Positions 14,583 to 28,258 of a DNA stretch of 64,000 bases are shown one piece after another (within the stretch, counting starts at the first letter, position 1; the number at the start of each line of letters is the position of its first letter). The position numbers and the translations under genes were made by a program. Origin of the DNA: Octopus vulgaris (lineage: Eukaryota); assembly GCA_951406725.2 (NCBI GenBank), contig OX597825.1:52514001-52578000 (forward strand). The letters are read 5' to 3'. Below the pieces are notes generated by a model. The model worked only from the letters and a program-made list of their open reading frames with translations, was not told the DNA's origin and did not search any database.

Positions 14583-15150
14583 GTAGTAGTAGTAGTAGTA
14601 GTAGTAGAAGGTGGTGAACTGGCAGAATCGTTAGCATATTGCATGAAATACTTAGCCTTATTTCACCCATCACTACACTCTGAGTTCAGATTCCACTGAG
14701 GTCGACTTTACCTTTCATCCTTTTGGGGTCGATAAATTAAGTACCAGTGACACACTGGGGTCAATGTGAATGACTTAATCCCGTACCCCAATCTGCCCTT
14801 GTGGCAAAAATTTGAAATCATTATTATTATTAGTAGTAGTACTAGTAATAGTAGTTGTGGTGGTGGTAGTGGTGTTTGTGGTAGTGATGGTGGTAGTGGT
14901 GGTGGTGGTTGTCACACTAGATATTTTCCTTATTAGTTTCAAATTTTAGCATGAAGCCAGCAATTTGGGGAGAGTAGGTAAGTCAATTACATCATCCTCA
15001 ATGTTCAACTGGTACCTATTTTATTGACCCCTAATGAATGAAAGGTAAAGTCAACCTCAGCAGAACTTGAGCTAAGAATGTAAAGACAGATGAAGTGCTG
15101 CTAAGCATTTGGCTTGGCATGCTACCAATACTGCCAGCTCACTGCCTTAG
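13660..15150. mobile_element. Cluster of five family A SINEs (four on +, one on -)
   Basis: Unit gagctggcagaat(c/t)gttagcatg...ttctgagttcaaattc...gtcgataaattaagtaccag at ~13665, 13897, 14352 and 14609 (+) and 14940-15150 (-). Confidence 0.85.
14038..14252. mobile_element. piggyBac-type MITE nested in a family A SINE
   Basis: TTAA|ccctttcattac ... gtatcgaaaggg|TTAA (TTAA duplications at 14034-37 and 14253-56, CCCT/AGGG ends); the SINE resumes after it. Confidence 0.85.
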
Positions 15151-16929
15151 ATATTTACGACATTGGTAGTAAATAACATCTGTTAAATGTCCATTAGGTG
15201 TTCCTCTCACTTTATTTAGGATTCATTAATTAAAACCATAGAATTAATTCCTGTGCTCTGTAGTGTCTTTTGTTCCGTCTCTACTGGCCTGTCTTTAAGG
15301 ACTGTTATATCTTTGACTTAAAGCAGCTACATACAATTGCATTTCTTCTGTACACAGAAGGTAAATAAGTAGATACTGGTTCATCTGTAAGCTTGCTTCT
15401 GAGGAAAAATAGCAGCCTATCCAGGGGTGGTGGGTTGTCAGTACTGCAACTGGTCTCTCATTTTAAAACTATGGGAAACACGGAATCAACGCTTCATTCA
15501 TGATGAGCTTGGAATTGTGAAATTTAAACTACGAACAACACACACACACACACCTTCACATGCCTTCTCTCTTTCCTGCTTGCACACAAAGATATTCACT
15601 CTCTAACACAAACATACACATTCTCACTCTCTCTCTCTCTCTCTCTTTCTCTAACATACACACACACTGTCTATCCCTCTCACTCAAACACATACATTTG
15701 TCTGAAGTGAAAATTGAAACTGAACTTTACTCTGAAGTTACTCTTCTCTTCCCTTCTTCTGTCACCTTCCTCCTCCTCTCTCCTTCCTTCTGCTCTTCTC
15801 CCCTTCCTGCTCCTCTCTCCTTGCTCCTCCTCGATCCCCTCTCTTCTTCTCCTTTCCTCTCTCACTCACACCTCTTTCTTTATCCCTCCACCTATTCTCA
15901 ACAATTTTTGTGATTCCGCCAGCTTACTGGATCTTCAGCTGGTAATAACAGCAAAAGAGATTTTAGCAAATCTTTCATATATTTATTTTTCCCTGAGATA
16001 ATCAAGAATGATCAGTGAACCATTATGGAGATTGAGAAATTGTGTAACAACAACAACAACAACAACAGCAAAACAACAACAACAACAACAACAACATTGA
16101 AAAAGAAAGGAATGCAACAAGAAGAAAAGAAAAAAATGAAAAAATACTACTAAAATGGATGAATATTTATTAAGTAAGGCAATATAGAAAAATATAAATA
16201 ACAAGGAAAGAGAATATGTTTTATCACTATTGGAAAAGTTGAATATGAGGAGCGGAGAGCAAAATATCAACGAACATTAATGGAAGAAGAAAATAATATA
16301 AATAATGACCAAACAAACAAACAAACAAAAATAAATGCATAAGCAAATAGAGAGGGAGAGAGAGAATATTCAAATTAGATAGTTGAACTTGCATACAGAA
16401 TTCAATGAGCCATGAAAAGCAGCTGTTATTAGAAAAATATCTTTAGCTTGGCGAAAAAATCAGCTATCCCAGGTGAAAATGGAGAGCAATATAGAAAGAG
16501 GTTTGTGTGAATAGATGGAAGTGTGAGACAACTTAACATTGGTTATAATAACAAGAACAGAGCAAAGTTAAAGAAACATCGAGATACGTATAATAAACAA
16601 AATGAGACAAAAAAAAAAGAACAAAACTGGTGTGCAGTGTTTTCTATTCTGGCAGACTTGTATTAACAGCTGAAGTATTGTCTGGTTGACACATTCTCTT
16701 GACAGACTCACTTTCTGATTGCTTGTTTAGTAATATATATATATATGTTGGGTAGATATTGTAGTAGTAGTAGTAGTAAACATACTTTGGCCTGAACAAC
16801 AGGAGAAATTATTGTCTAATTCCAAGGAGGTTGACAAAATATTAAGAAAATGAAATGGAGGTGGAGGAATGAGGAAGATAAAGTAAATTGTAAGGTGAAG
16901 AAAACATAACTTTATGGAAATATACAATA

Positions 16930-17600
16930 AAACCAGTTATTTGAGGAGATCATAGGAATTAGAGATGACCAACGGATGAGAGGAAATAGGTGTGTGGTCA
17001 ATAATCTATTCAAGTTCAAAAGGACCAATTTGCATCACCAAAAAATCATTCCACTGGCTACATTGCAGAGGCGTATCATCTATCAACAACATACGCTTGC
17101 ATAGAATACAGAGACAAGTGGACCATATAGCTTGTTCCATCACCAATATCCAAAATTAATCAGCTCTCACAGTAAAGTTGTCCTATATAAAAGTCTTTGA
17201 CCATGGTTTTGGAAGGATGCCAGTGGTTCGTCCTCCTAGTGAGGGTTTGGCTGATAATTAAATCTATGCATTTCAAACAAAGCTGGATAAACAGTAGGTG
17301 TCTTCCTGTTATTTTAGGAGTTAAATTAGGTGAGAAAGATCTCTATAATGCTTGTTCCTTTACTTTTGTGACCAAAGGCTTCCTGATATTGGGTTCTTCT
17401 TGGTAGGGGAGGGGTATGCTTAATCCAACAGCCAGTTCAGCTTTCCCCAACTGACTTTTTGGTGGTCTCCATCTTGTAGGAGTTTGGGCCAGGCAGTTGG
17501 TCAAAGGGTTACTTTTTCTGATCTGTTCAGAGGTGTTGGAAACAATCATGAATGCAGTTCTTACTTCTGAATAAACATTGGAATAAACCATGAGCTTCAT
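16930..17600 (-). pseudogene. Highly decayed LINE reverse-transcriptase-region relic (tentative)
   Basis: Fragmentary minus-strand peptides (IPLP..., HYRDLSHL, SKTLYRTTLL*ELINFG) loosely follow RT subdomain order; many stops. Confidence 0.3.
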
Positions 17601-17920
17601 CCATCATCATCATCATCGTCATTGTTTAACGTCCACTTTACATGCTGGCATGGGTGGGATGGTTTGACTGAGGACTGGCAAGCCAGGAGGCTGCACCAGG
17701 CTCCAATCTGATCTGGCAAGGTTTCTACAACTGTATGTACTTTCTAATGCCAACCACCCAGGTAGTGGGTGCTTTTTATGTGCCACGGGCACAGGGACAA
17801 GTCAGGGGGCATTGGCATCAACCACACTCAGGCAGCACTGGCATTGACCACACTTGGGCGACACTGGCATTGACCATACTCGGGCAGTACAGGCATCGAC
17901 CATGCTTGGTGGCACTGGCA
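17600..17920 (-). mobile_element. SINE family C with (CAT)n tail and internal short tandem repeats
   Basis: catcatc...gtttaacgtccac...catgctggcatggg...ggtttctaca; repeated cactggcattgacca units. Confidence 0.75.
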
Positions 17921-18353
17921 CCCTATTCATTTAATGTTATATTAGAATATTATTATAAATGACATCTGAAATAATATCTGAAATCACTGTTGATTTTATA
18001 GATGTTGGGCAACTGGACCTGTGATTGTCAGTTTTATAAATAACCGAGTACATCAAAGTGAGCATATATGTACGTATGTGTGTGTGTGTGCATGCATGTG
18101 TGAGTATATATATATATATATATAATAGACATACAGATATATACATATATATATATGTATGTTTACACACACACACAAACATAATATACATATATACATG
18201 CATGTGTGTATATATAATATATATATGTGTATGTGTGTGTGTGCATCCATGTGTGAGTATATATATGTATGTCTATAATAGACATATATATATATACATA
18301 TATAATAGACATATAGATATATACATATATATATATATGTTTACACACACACA

Positions 18354-18395
<42 letters not shown>

Positions 18396-18784
18396 TATAT
18401 ATACATATACATGCATATGTGTATATATATAATAAATCAGAGTGTGATAAAAACCAAAGCTTTGAAGATTTTAGAGCATTTATAAATATACCTATTTATA
18501 AATGTTCTAAAATCTTCACAGCTTTGTTTTTTTTATCTCATTCTGGAAAAAGTTGTTTATATATACACATGCTGATATATTACCTACGTTGGACTCCTTT
18601 TTCGCATAATCACCAAACCTGGAGCTTAACTATGGTCTGTCCATAGCACTTATTCAGCATTACCTGATACCCTTGGTCTTATTGACACCATTACCCCTCA
18701 TAACCTCTATATATATACATATATATGTATGCATATATATACAGATACATACATATATATACAGGTATGTATGTATATATATAT

Positions 18785-19552
18785 ATATTGTTATATTTCG
18801 GAATGGTCATTTTGCCAGTTTAGCCAATAAAAACACACGCACTATATATTTGGTGTTACTTTGTTTCAGTGTTATTTATTTTTTACATTAATCTTAATCT
18901 TATTTCGGCCAGAGTTCTTTCATCACACTCCTGTGACCGCATCAGTGGTCCTTTGTTTTCTTCTTTCTTATTTGTGTCTCTCCTTACTAACCGTCAGTCA
19001 TTTTGTATTTCTATTGTATGTTTTCATTTGCGCATGCTTATATCTCTATGTGCATCTATGTTTATTTAGTGTGTGTGTATTTACTAGTATTTGTTGTTAT
19101 ACATACATACATCCATACAAGCATATGTAATGATAATAATAAGTGGATTTAAACACATGAACAAAATAAGAATAAACAAAAACAACAACAACAACAACAA
19201 CAAATTACATGAACGTATATAAACAGAAGATACAAATATTACAGGCATCCCCCCCCCCACACACACACTAAATAAACATAGACACACATAGAGATATAAG
19301 CATGCACAAATGAAAACATACAATAGAAATACAAAATGGCTGACGGTTAGTAAGGAGAGACACAAATAAGTAAGAAGAAAGCAAAGGACCACTGATGCGG
19401 TCACAGGAGTGTGATGAAAGAACTCTGGCCGAAATAAGATTAAGATTGATGTAAAAAATAAATAACACTGAAGCAAAGTAACACCAAATATATAGTGCGT
19501 GTGTTTTTATTGGCCAAACTGGCAAAATGACCATTCCGAAATATAACAATAT
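18785..19552. repeat. Long inverted repeat (arms 18785-19078 and 19259-19552), Penelope pseudo-LTR-like
   Basis: Arms of ~294 bp are near-identical reverse complements; the ORF track shows the same peptide on + (18861) and - (19476). Confidence 0.92.
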
Positions 19553-19686
19553 CTGTTTCAAAAAACGATTTCATATAAAAAATCTTGCACAACAAATATA
19601 TAAACGTATATATGTATTTACACATATATGCATGTGTTTATTTATATTTACATATATATGCAAATGTATGCATACACTTGTATATA

Positions 19687-19732
<46 letters not shown>

Positions 19733-20283
19733 ATGAGTATTATGCCTACTCATAATAAATTATAGATTTTTCTCCAAAATGAATAAATATTAGATTTATA
19801 ATTTCTCCTTTAATCCAACATATCAAAATATTCAACACCTACCAGCTAAGTATAAAACATGCAGTATATAAGTATAAAGGGATCTCTGTATTCTCTATAA
19901 CTTTTTGATTTATAAGTGGTCACTGTGACCATCTGACATTGACCTACTTTTCCTAATACAAAATCTGTTTGCCAAATAGTAGTAACAGCTTCTATGGCAT
20001 TACAACCCCCTCTCTAGCTTAATTTCTTTATGAAGACCTTCTGACATTTATTTCACCCCTATTTCTATAAATAGAAAATCTTTTTGTCTTCATTCAACTG
20101 ATTATACTTCCCAACCTTCTAGCAGTTCAAAATAACTTAATGAATATTCTTCAGTCGGAAGATAAACTCTACTACCTTAATGTTCTTAAAATTTAAATTG
20201 ACATCTTTGTCTATATATCTACCTTCTCTATAATGTTATCAACTGATATGAAAATTATGTATTAATGGAAAAACCTCTATAAA

Positions 20284-20367
20284 TGGCTGATGATTGCTCA
20301 ACATATTAAAACTGTCGTAATACTTAAAATATTTAATAAAATTATGTAGCATGAAACGATTGTACCA
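20284..20367 (+). ncRNA. Minimal type-I hammerhead ribozyme motif, slightly degenerate
   Basis: tgg-CTGATGA(20287-93)-ttgct..acata / tatgt agcat-GAAA(20353-56)-cgattg-TA-cca; stem III ACGATTGT is near-palindromic; stem I only 3 bp. Confidence 0.6.
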
Positions 20368-20408
20368 AATTACCGAAGTTATTTTTGTTGCTTATTTTTT
20401 ATGATATA

Positions 20409-20469
<61 letters not shown>

Positions 20470-20524
20470 TTTACTAAAACATATATCTGGAGAAGCACAC
20501 TAAGAAGTAGAGAAGTCTATATGA

Positions 20525-20710
20525 TTTTCTCTGCTAGAGGCCAGTTTATGGAGTTACCCTGGGTATCTTGTTCATAAAGGGTTTAATTATATGATACATC
20601 ATCAAACCCCAAGACCTGATGGCCTAAAACCGTATTAAAATGTGGAGAGGAAAAATTTTTCTGCACGGGAAACACATGGTAACCTATAAACTGGCCTCTA
20701 CCAGAGAAAA
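20525..20710. mobile_element. MITE-like element with ~40-bp terminal inverted repeats
   Basis: ttttctctgctagaggccagtttatggagttaccctgggt versus acacatggtaacctataaactggcctctaccagagaaaa (near-exact reverse complement). Confidence 0.75.
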
Positions 20711-20784
20711 AAAAATATATATACATACATACATGCATATAGATATATATATATGTGTGTGCACATACATGTGCATGTGTGTGC

Positions 20785-20879
<95 letters not shown>

Positions 20880-21164
20880 ACACACACATACATACAGATC
20901 AGTGAACAGTGTGTCAGTTAAAATTCCTGACTGAAAAGTTTATCCAAGAGAGAATGGCAAGGTGGAACAATGTAGAACATGATGATAACCTTAAAATGGG
21001 AGGAGGGCATTAATTTGAAGTCCTTTATCTAAAGATGACATATACAGCAAATAAGTTCATCCTGTGAAACAGTAATTAAATATTTTGATTCATCAGCAAA
21101 TGAAGTACTATAGGCATACAGAGGCAAATTAGTCCACAGCAACAACAGTGATCTTTAAATGAAG

Positions 21165-21500
21165 TGGATGTAACTGATGTACTCCACATATAACATTTTC
21201 CTTAATGGGTATCGAGACACTAATGGGGTCAGCAGATGTAACTACAGTACTTTTTTTCCTACTGTGGCCCTTTTGTGAAGTATTTAGACATCAGTGGAGT
21301 ATTTAGATGTAACTACAGTCCTGTTTCTTCTCCCACTACAACTGTTTTGTGGTATATGTAGACATACCCCACAACACAGTTGTAGTTACTGTACTGCCCC
21401 CTCCTCAGCAAGTATTTTGTGGAGTTTTTAGACATCAATGGGCTAGATAGATGTAACTACTTTACTACCTCTTCCATCCCTAAAATTCTTTTGTTGGGCA
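21165..21500. repeat. Degenerate ~70-bp tandem repeat
   Basis: Recurrent gatgtaactacagt...ttttgtg(g/a)agtatttagacatca units, 4-5 copies. Confidence 0.6.
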
Positions 21501-21624
21501 TTTAAATAGTACATATTGTTCTGCCTTGATCAGTTTTATCAAATTGTTGGCTACCAAGAAGACATTGCAAGTGAAAGGTGTGAACTGTCATAATCAAATA
21601 ATGCAAGGGTCTAGAAAGGGTAAA

Positions 21625-21945
21625 GACTGCCTTCAGTCATGAATGACCTTGGGATTGCTCCTAGAAAGTTTCCCTCCAAGGCAAAGTCCAGGCAAGGCTG
21701 TTTATAGAAGACCAGCAGTTGCCTGTGCATACCAGCTTCCCCTCTCCACACTGCTGATGTTATCCAAAGGAAAGGCAAAAGCCAATACAGCTTAACACTA
21801 GTGACATTGCAACTCATTTCTACAGCTGAGAGAACTGGAGCAACATGAAATAAAGTATCTTGCCCAAGAACACAACACAACCCAATCTGGGAATCGAACT
21901 TACTACCTCATGTTTGTGAGCCCAACACTCTAACCACTGAGCCAG
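21625..21945 (-). mobile_element. tRNA-derived SINE (family D) with Pol III A and B boxes
   Basis: Minus head tggctcagtggttagagtg...gttcgattccc (A box TGGCTCAGTGG, B box GTTCGATTCC). Confidence 0.8.
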
Positions 21946-23254
21946 GAAAATTCACAATGCAAGGGGTCTGATATTGACAATATTATCTGCAGGAATGGCC
22001 ATCTTTTAGAAGGTAGATAATACCTTAAAAGTGGTACTGAGTATCCCTACCCCTCTAAAAATACAGTGTACAAATTATGCTCTTCCATAACAAATATGAT
22101 TCCACATGTAGCAAATAATTCTAAGGGAAAAGTATTTTAGGAAAAAACAACAAATTATCTATGTATTCTGTTTCATATTTCAGAGTATTGCATTAAATTA
22201 GAAATCTTAAATTAAACATTAATTGTGATTAATTTTGTGCAATTACACAAATTTGCGTACTTATATAATCTATTCCAATCATGTATAATGCTATTATGGA
22301 AAAAATAATTAAAGTAGAGAATTTTCCAAGTTTTATTTCAACTTATTTTTTTTATAAGAATAATGTCTTCTCTGCCAGCACGTGTGTGTGTTTCAGCAAA
22401 GTTTACAGAAAACTGGTTCATATAATTAAAAGAAAAGATCTTCACTAATTATGGCACCAAATTGAAAACACAAAACTTCTCTTCTTTAAATACCCAAGAG
22501 ATTTGCAGCAATAAAATGCATCTTTTAATCAAAAATTCATTTTAAACCGTTAACCAGTTTCTTGACTAATCATGTCACACCCATAAATAGCTTCCAAACC
22601 TAACAGATTCCAATTAGTATATCCAATTCAAACAAATCGGAATTTGCACGAAACAATAGAGGAAATAAAGAGACAACATAGGTAAATTCTTCACACTGAT
22701 TCTATCCTGCCAGATTTTGAATGCATGGCCACAGACGTTTTGTGCCTGAATAGGTTTGTATATGTATATACTTTTGTATGTATGTAGGTATCTGTGTGTG
22801 TGTGTGCATGAGTATATATATATATGTGTGTGTGCATGTGTGTGCGTGTATGTGCATGTATGTGTGTGTATGTGTGTCTGTGCGTGTGTGTGTGTGTGTG
22901 TGCATATATATGCATATATAGATATATACTCACACACACACATTCAATGACTGCCATGCGGACATGCTACTCATAGGAACTTTCACCTCAATTTCTTTTA
23001 ATTATATAGTTTAAGTCCACTTTTAAGTTGTGAAGTGGATGACAGACATATCAACCCCTGCATAAGATGCTAATATCTCATTCATAACATTCTCTGACCA
23101 CCTCTACAGGGATGATTTAAAGTGATCTAGAAGAAAGTATTCTCTGCAGAAATTTAACAAAACGAACCAATATGGTCTCTCCCTATGCTTAACAAAGAAA
23201 CCTAATCTCCCTCAAATTACACCAAAGCCTGTTAAACAGGAAGGAAACTGTCAC

Positions 23255-23600
23255 CATCATCATCATTTAATTACCATTTACCATACTGACATGGGGTGGA
23301 TGGTTTAGCAGAAGCTGGCAAGTAAGAAGACTGCACCAAGCTCTAATGTCAGCTTTTGCATGGTTTTTGCAGCTAGATATCCTTCCTAATGCCAACCACT
23401 TTACAGAATTTATTGCACCAATAAGAATGGTCATAGCTAGATGGCTCAAAAACGCACCCAGTACACACTGTAAAGTTGTTGGTGTTGAGAAGGGCATCCA
23501 GCTATAGAAACCCTGCCAAAGCAGATGTTGGAGTACGATGCAGTCTTTAAACACATTTAAACCTGTCAAAGTGTCCAATCCATGCTGGCATGGAAGATGA
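23255..23600. mobile_element. Two family C SINE/RTE tails in inverted orientation
   Basis: Left ...gcagctagatatccttcctaatgccaaccactttacag; right ctgtaaagttgttggtgttgagaagggcatccagcta... is its reverse complement; ~60-bp spacer. Confidence 0.75.
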
Positions 23601-24859
23601 GCCTTTAATAATTGTGACTATTGGTGCCTGCAGTGGATTTGAGCTCATGATTTCTTTAAAACAGTTGTTGTTCAATACACTTACCTATTCATACACTTAC
23701 CCATTCTTCCCATTCAATTAACTTCAGATCTCCTTCGTACATTCAAGTGAAACGTAAACCTTTCATAGCATTTGCAATGAAGACACACAGCTCGATAACA
23801 TACACACATAAACATCAAAATAGAGAGAGAGACAGAGAGACAGAGAGACAGAGCAACAGAGAATGTGCGAAATATGACACAGAGAAATGAGTATCACTTT
23901 ACATAGAACTCATCATGTCTTTCAAAAGAAATAATGGTGTGAAGAATGCAGAAAAGAATATATTAGCATATTAACAGTCTGGACAGGTTGAGCACAATCT
24001 TATATACAAATACACACACACACACACACGTGTGCGCGTGCGTATGTATGTACATAAATACATATATATGAGTGTTTGTGTGAGTATGCATTTCACTGCA
24101 CTTGGACATATGTCAATATATGTGTCTGCATGTATGTGTATATTTTATATTGCTATTACTTCAGTGTATGCATACAAGTGTATAAGTGAGTGTATATGTA
24201 TGCATGTCACTACACTTGGGTATATATGAATATATGACTGTATGTATATGTATATCATGTATCGTCATTACCACTATATTTATAAACACACATAATATAT
24301 TATATACATGCATACATGTGTCTATATAATTTAGGGTCCTGTCTATAATATTTCAGACAACATCCTATCTTTTATTTATTATCACAAAGAAAGAAGATGA
24401 GGAAATTAGTAACATCACACATGATAAGATATCAGTAATTGTGGCAATACATGGAGTGGGTGTGACTTGAAATACACATACAAGCACACACACACACACA
24501 AACACTTGAAATACATGTACAAACACACATACAAACACATACAATATCCACAGCCTCCTGTCTCAGGTAATTTGTACCTGATAACAGATTCTCATTAACA
24601 TTTACTCCCAGCCAACATTTCATTTCTATCTGATAGCATTAATGTTCTTATTATTATTTATGTAGCATTATCATTTCATTTATCATTGTTACCATGATTA
24701 TGTCTATACAGAGAGCAAAAGAGGAATTCCAAGTGCATATCCAACCTTGGGTAGATTTTGTTTTTATCTATCCTTGGTGAATAAAACAATTACTACCAAT
24801 TATGTCCAACAAATAATTAAATCAAGAATTAAAATTTTTGTCCTGATATTTTTGTTGTT

Positions 24860-25190
24860 TAAGGCAGCAGGCTAGTAGAGTTGCTAGCATGCTATAGAAA
24901 ATATTTCATGGTGAGTTTCTTTGAGCTCTTTACCTTCTGAGTTCAAATTCTGTTAAAGTCAACTTTGAATTTCATCCTTTAAAAAGCAGTGACCTAGTAG
25001 AATTGTAAGCATGCTGGGAAAAATGCTTAGTGGCATTTCGTGTCTTCATGTTCTTAGTTCAAATTCCACTGAGGTTACTTTCCCTTTCATGATTGATAAA
25101 ATAAGTGCCAGTTGAACTCTGGGGTTGAATGTAATCAATTTGGCCCCTCACAACAAATCTGCTGGCCTTGTGCCAAAATTTGAAACCAAT
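24860..25190 (+). mobile_element. Two tandem family A SINE copies (first is 3'-truncated)
   Basis: Two heads with ttctgagttcaaattc / ttcttagttcaaattc and a family A tail ggccttgtgccaaaatttgaaac. Confidence 0.75.
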
Positions 25191-25881
25191 ATTTCTGGTG
25201 TTTGGTATGTGGAATATGCTGCAGATAAGATGAACCTATCATCTGAACTGACCATCGGAAAGAAGTTTAGGAAAATAAAAATATCTTGCTAGAATATGTG
25301 GGTAGCATTACAAATGAGGTGTGTCAATTGTCTTAAATGAATTCAGTTTGGGAGCAATGGCACTACATGGCACCTTGAGCAAGTGTTCTCTATTAATGCT
25401 CTGGGTCATCCAAAGCCTTACAAGTGAAATTGGCAGTGTGTGTGTGTGTATACGCTTTTTCTGATATCATATGATGGTTGTAAATGAACATCATTGTTGT
25501 ACAAGTGATGTTATTTATTTCCAGTCTTCCATAGAAAACATATCTGACTGTAAAAATGTTATCTTAGCTGGAAGCAGCTCATGTTTGGTGACAAGAAGGG
25601 CATCAAGCTAAAGTAGACACTCAACACTAGGCATGAGTGTAACACCTTAACCACTAAGCTATGCATCTTTTCACACACACACTCACACACACACATTTAT
25701 GTATCATGCTTAACGAACATACATTGTTAACAAGCAAGTTTCTGTGCTTTGTTTCCATGATCAAATCTCTCATGGACTTGCTGTATTTGCAAACAGAGAC
25801 GCATTTTAGCCCTGTTGGGCCCTATCTATGACATGCTCGCTGTCAGCTAAATGCCTTAAAAAGATTCATTCCTCCAATATG

Positions 25882-27542
25882 CAAGGGTCACTGTAAAGTT
25901 CATAGGCTGACTAAGATACTTTGAAGGAATGTAACCATATGAGGTTTATTTCTCAACAAAGTCCTTTTTACAGTCTACACACATTTCTTCCATTGGAGTT
26001 GCATGCTTGGATCCCTTTGGTGAAAAAGCTTTCATCTTGTTGCTTAAAATGTCATCCACAGCAGATATGACATCATGATCATCACAGTGATACTGGTTCC
26101 CAGCCAATTGTTTTTACATCATGGGGAACAGATAATAGATAGGGCCAAGTCATGAGAAATAGGAGGGTGATTAACCAGTTCAAAGCCACACTCACGCAGA
26201 GTAACCATTGAAACCAAGGACTTGTGTAATGGAGCATCGTCCTGATGAAACAAGACCCCTTTCCTGTTTTCCAGGGCATTGGTCTTCATAGCCTGTCATA
26301 ACTGCCTGAAGTTGACATAGTACTCTCTACTAATGGTGTTGTCCTGCTGAAGATAGTCAATAAACACAATGCCTTTTGCATCCCCCAAAATCTGAGGTCA
26401 TAACCATCCCTTTTTTTTAGCAAGTGAGGAGGGGTGTTTCCATTGCATGGATTGACTCTTTGTCTCTGGCTCAAAGTGATGAAGACAACACTTATCCCAG
26501 ATTAGGAAATGTTCAAGGATACCAGCTGGATCTACCTCAAACTAGATCAGATTTTCCTATGATGTGATCAGCCTGTTGCACTTTTGATCAGGCGTCACAT
26601 GTGGCACACACTGAGCAGAATCCTTCATCATGCCATGTTCATAGTGCAGAATATTTTCAACTCTTTCATGGAAAATGCTAAAAGCATTGGCTATTTGATT
26701 TATATTAAACTAGCAGTATCGCCCGGCATTGCTCGGGTTTGTAAGGGAAATAACTATATAAGCATTTTTAGAGATGTAAAGTATAATAGCCATCTCAATA
26801 TGGCTAACCACAAAGGGGGGTGTTACAATAGCTTTTTACGTTCTGAGATTTAATAATACATTTTTAGAGTTACTTCCTTTATATAAACCGAGTGAAAATG
26901 CATTAAAAATGCGGAAAAATTATGGTAAATGTTTTTTCTAAATCGTAGACTCATTGTAGACACGCGCTAATACCAAGAAGGGCTCGATATAAATCACGAC
27001 TATAAGACACCCGCTTTTGGTTACACTGCACCGCAAAATGTGGGAGTAGTTAGGAATCTAAATCGTAGGAGACAGACACCACACAACCTCTCTTTTATAT
27101 ATATAGATTTCCTGTCATCCATCACTATGTGATGAACATGATCAATGTTTTCCTTAGTGATGGCAGTTGCAGGACAGTCAGAATTTTGGTCATTTTCAAG
27201 ACCCCCCCTCTTCCCCTCCTAAATTCAGATGCCCACTTTTGCACAGCTGATACAGCTAGAACATCATCCCCTACTGTAGCAACTACGTCAACATGAATGT
27301 CCTTGCAAACTAAAACCCTTTTCCTACAGGTACTTTGTAACATCACGAAGCTGAATTTTGTTTGTTTTTAAAGAGAAGTTACTATGAGTTTCATTTGAAG
27401 TCTTCTTTGAACAGTCAGATTTCAATTACTGGAAAAAACATTGTTGTTATTAATAAGAAAAGTTGAAATTAATGCAGGAAAATTTTCACAGCTCTAGCAT
27501 CACTCCTTCATAGTCAGCCTATGAAAATTTTAGCCCACCCTC
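25882..27542 (-). mobile_element. Decayed mariner transposon with TIRs
   Basis: TIRs aagggtcactgtaaagttcataggctgact / agtcagcctatgaaaattttagcccaccctc. Minus peptides KDIHVDVVATVGDD...VQKWASEFRRGR, HHFEPETKSQSMQWKHP, HQDDAPLHKS and DLALSIICSP-like (SPDL) region; stops and frameshifts. Confidence 0.9.
26710..27107 (-). mobile_element. Non-autonomous Helitron nested in the mariner transposase
   Basis: Minus strand a|TCTATATATATAAAAG ... CCCGAGCAATGCCGGG hairpin ... CTAG|t; AT target, no TSD; removal restores the transposase frame HIVMDDRKFNINQIANAF. Confidence 0.88.
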
Positions 27543-28021
27543 CCTTTTAGAGTTTTTAAACACACAATATCCATATGAGATTATATCTGAGATAAAAATG
27601 CAGTAACTTTCCTGTTAATAGTGTTTCTACATTGAGTATGATACATACATAGATATTTAATACAACATCAATTGCTTTCTCTGGATTATTTATTGAGCCC
27701 AGCAGCTATTTGCAATATCAGTGGATGGTTTATTTATTTTACCTATATTGGAGGTGATATATCTCATCCACAAATATGTCTGACTCCAAGAACATGTCAT
27801 TGATAAGACTGCAATGCATCTGGTGTTTTTGCAAGCTGATTCCAAGACAATTTTAATTTTTCATCAATATATACTGTGTTAATAAGCACAACACATCCAT
27901 AAGAAATTTACCTCAGATAAAGCTGCAATATATATATATACACACACCTATGACAGGAAAGTGATTGCAGTTTTATCTGAGATAAATTTCTTATGGATGT
28001 GTTGTGCTTATTATATATGTG

Positions 28022-28056
<35 letters not shown>

Positions 28057-28136
28057 AAAGTTTACGAAAAAAGCAAAAGACGAAGACAGGTTGTGTACAA
28101 AAGAAGACATATACATATACATGTACATATACATAT

Positions 28137-28258
<122 letters not shown>

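Noticed and set aside
21890-21945. tRNA gene (also 61021-61095)
   Set aside because: A and B boxes are present, but there is no complete cloverleaf and each continues into a repeat body, so these are SINE heads.
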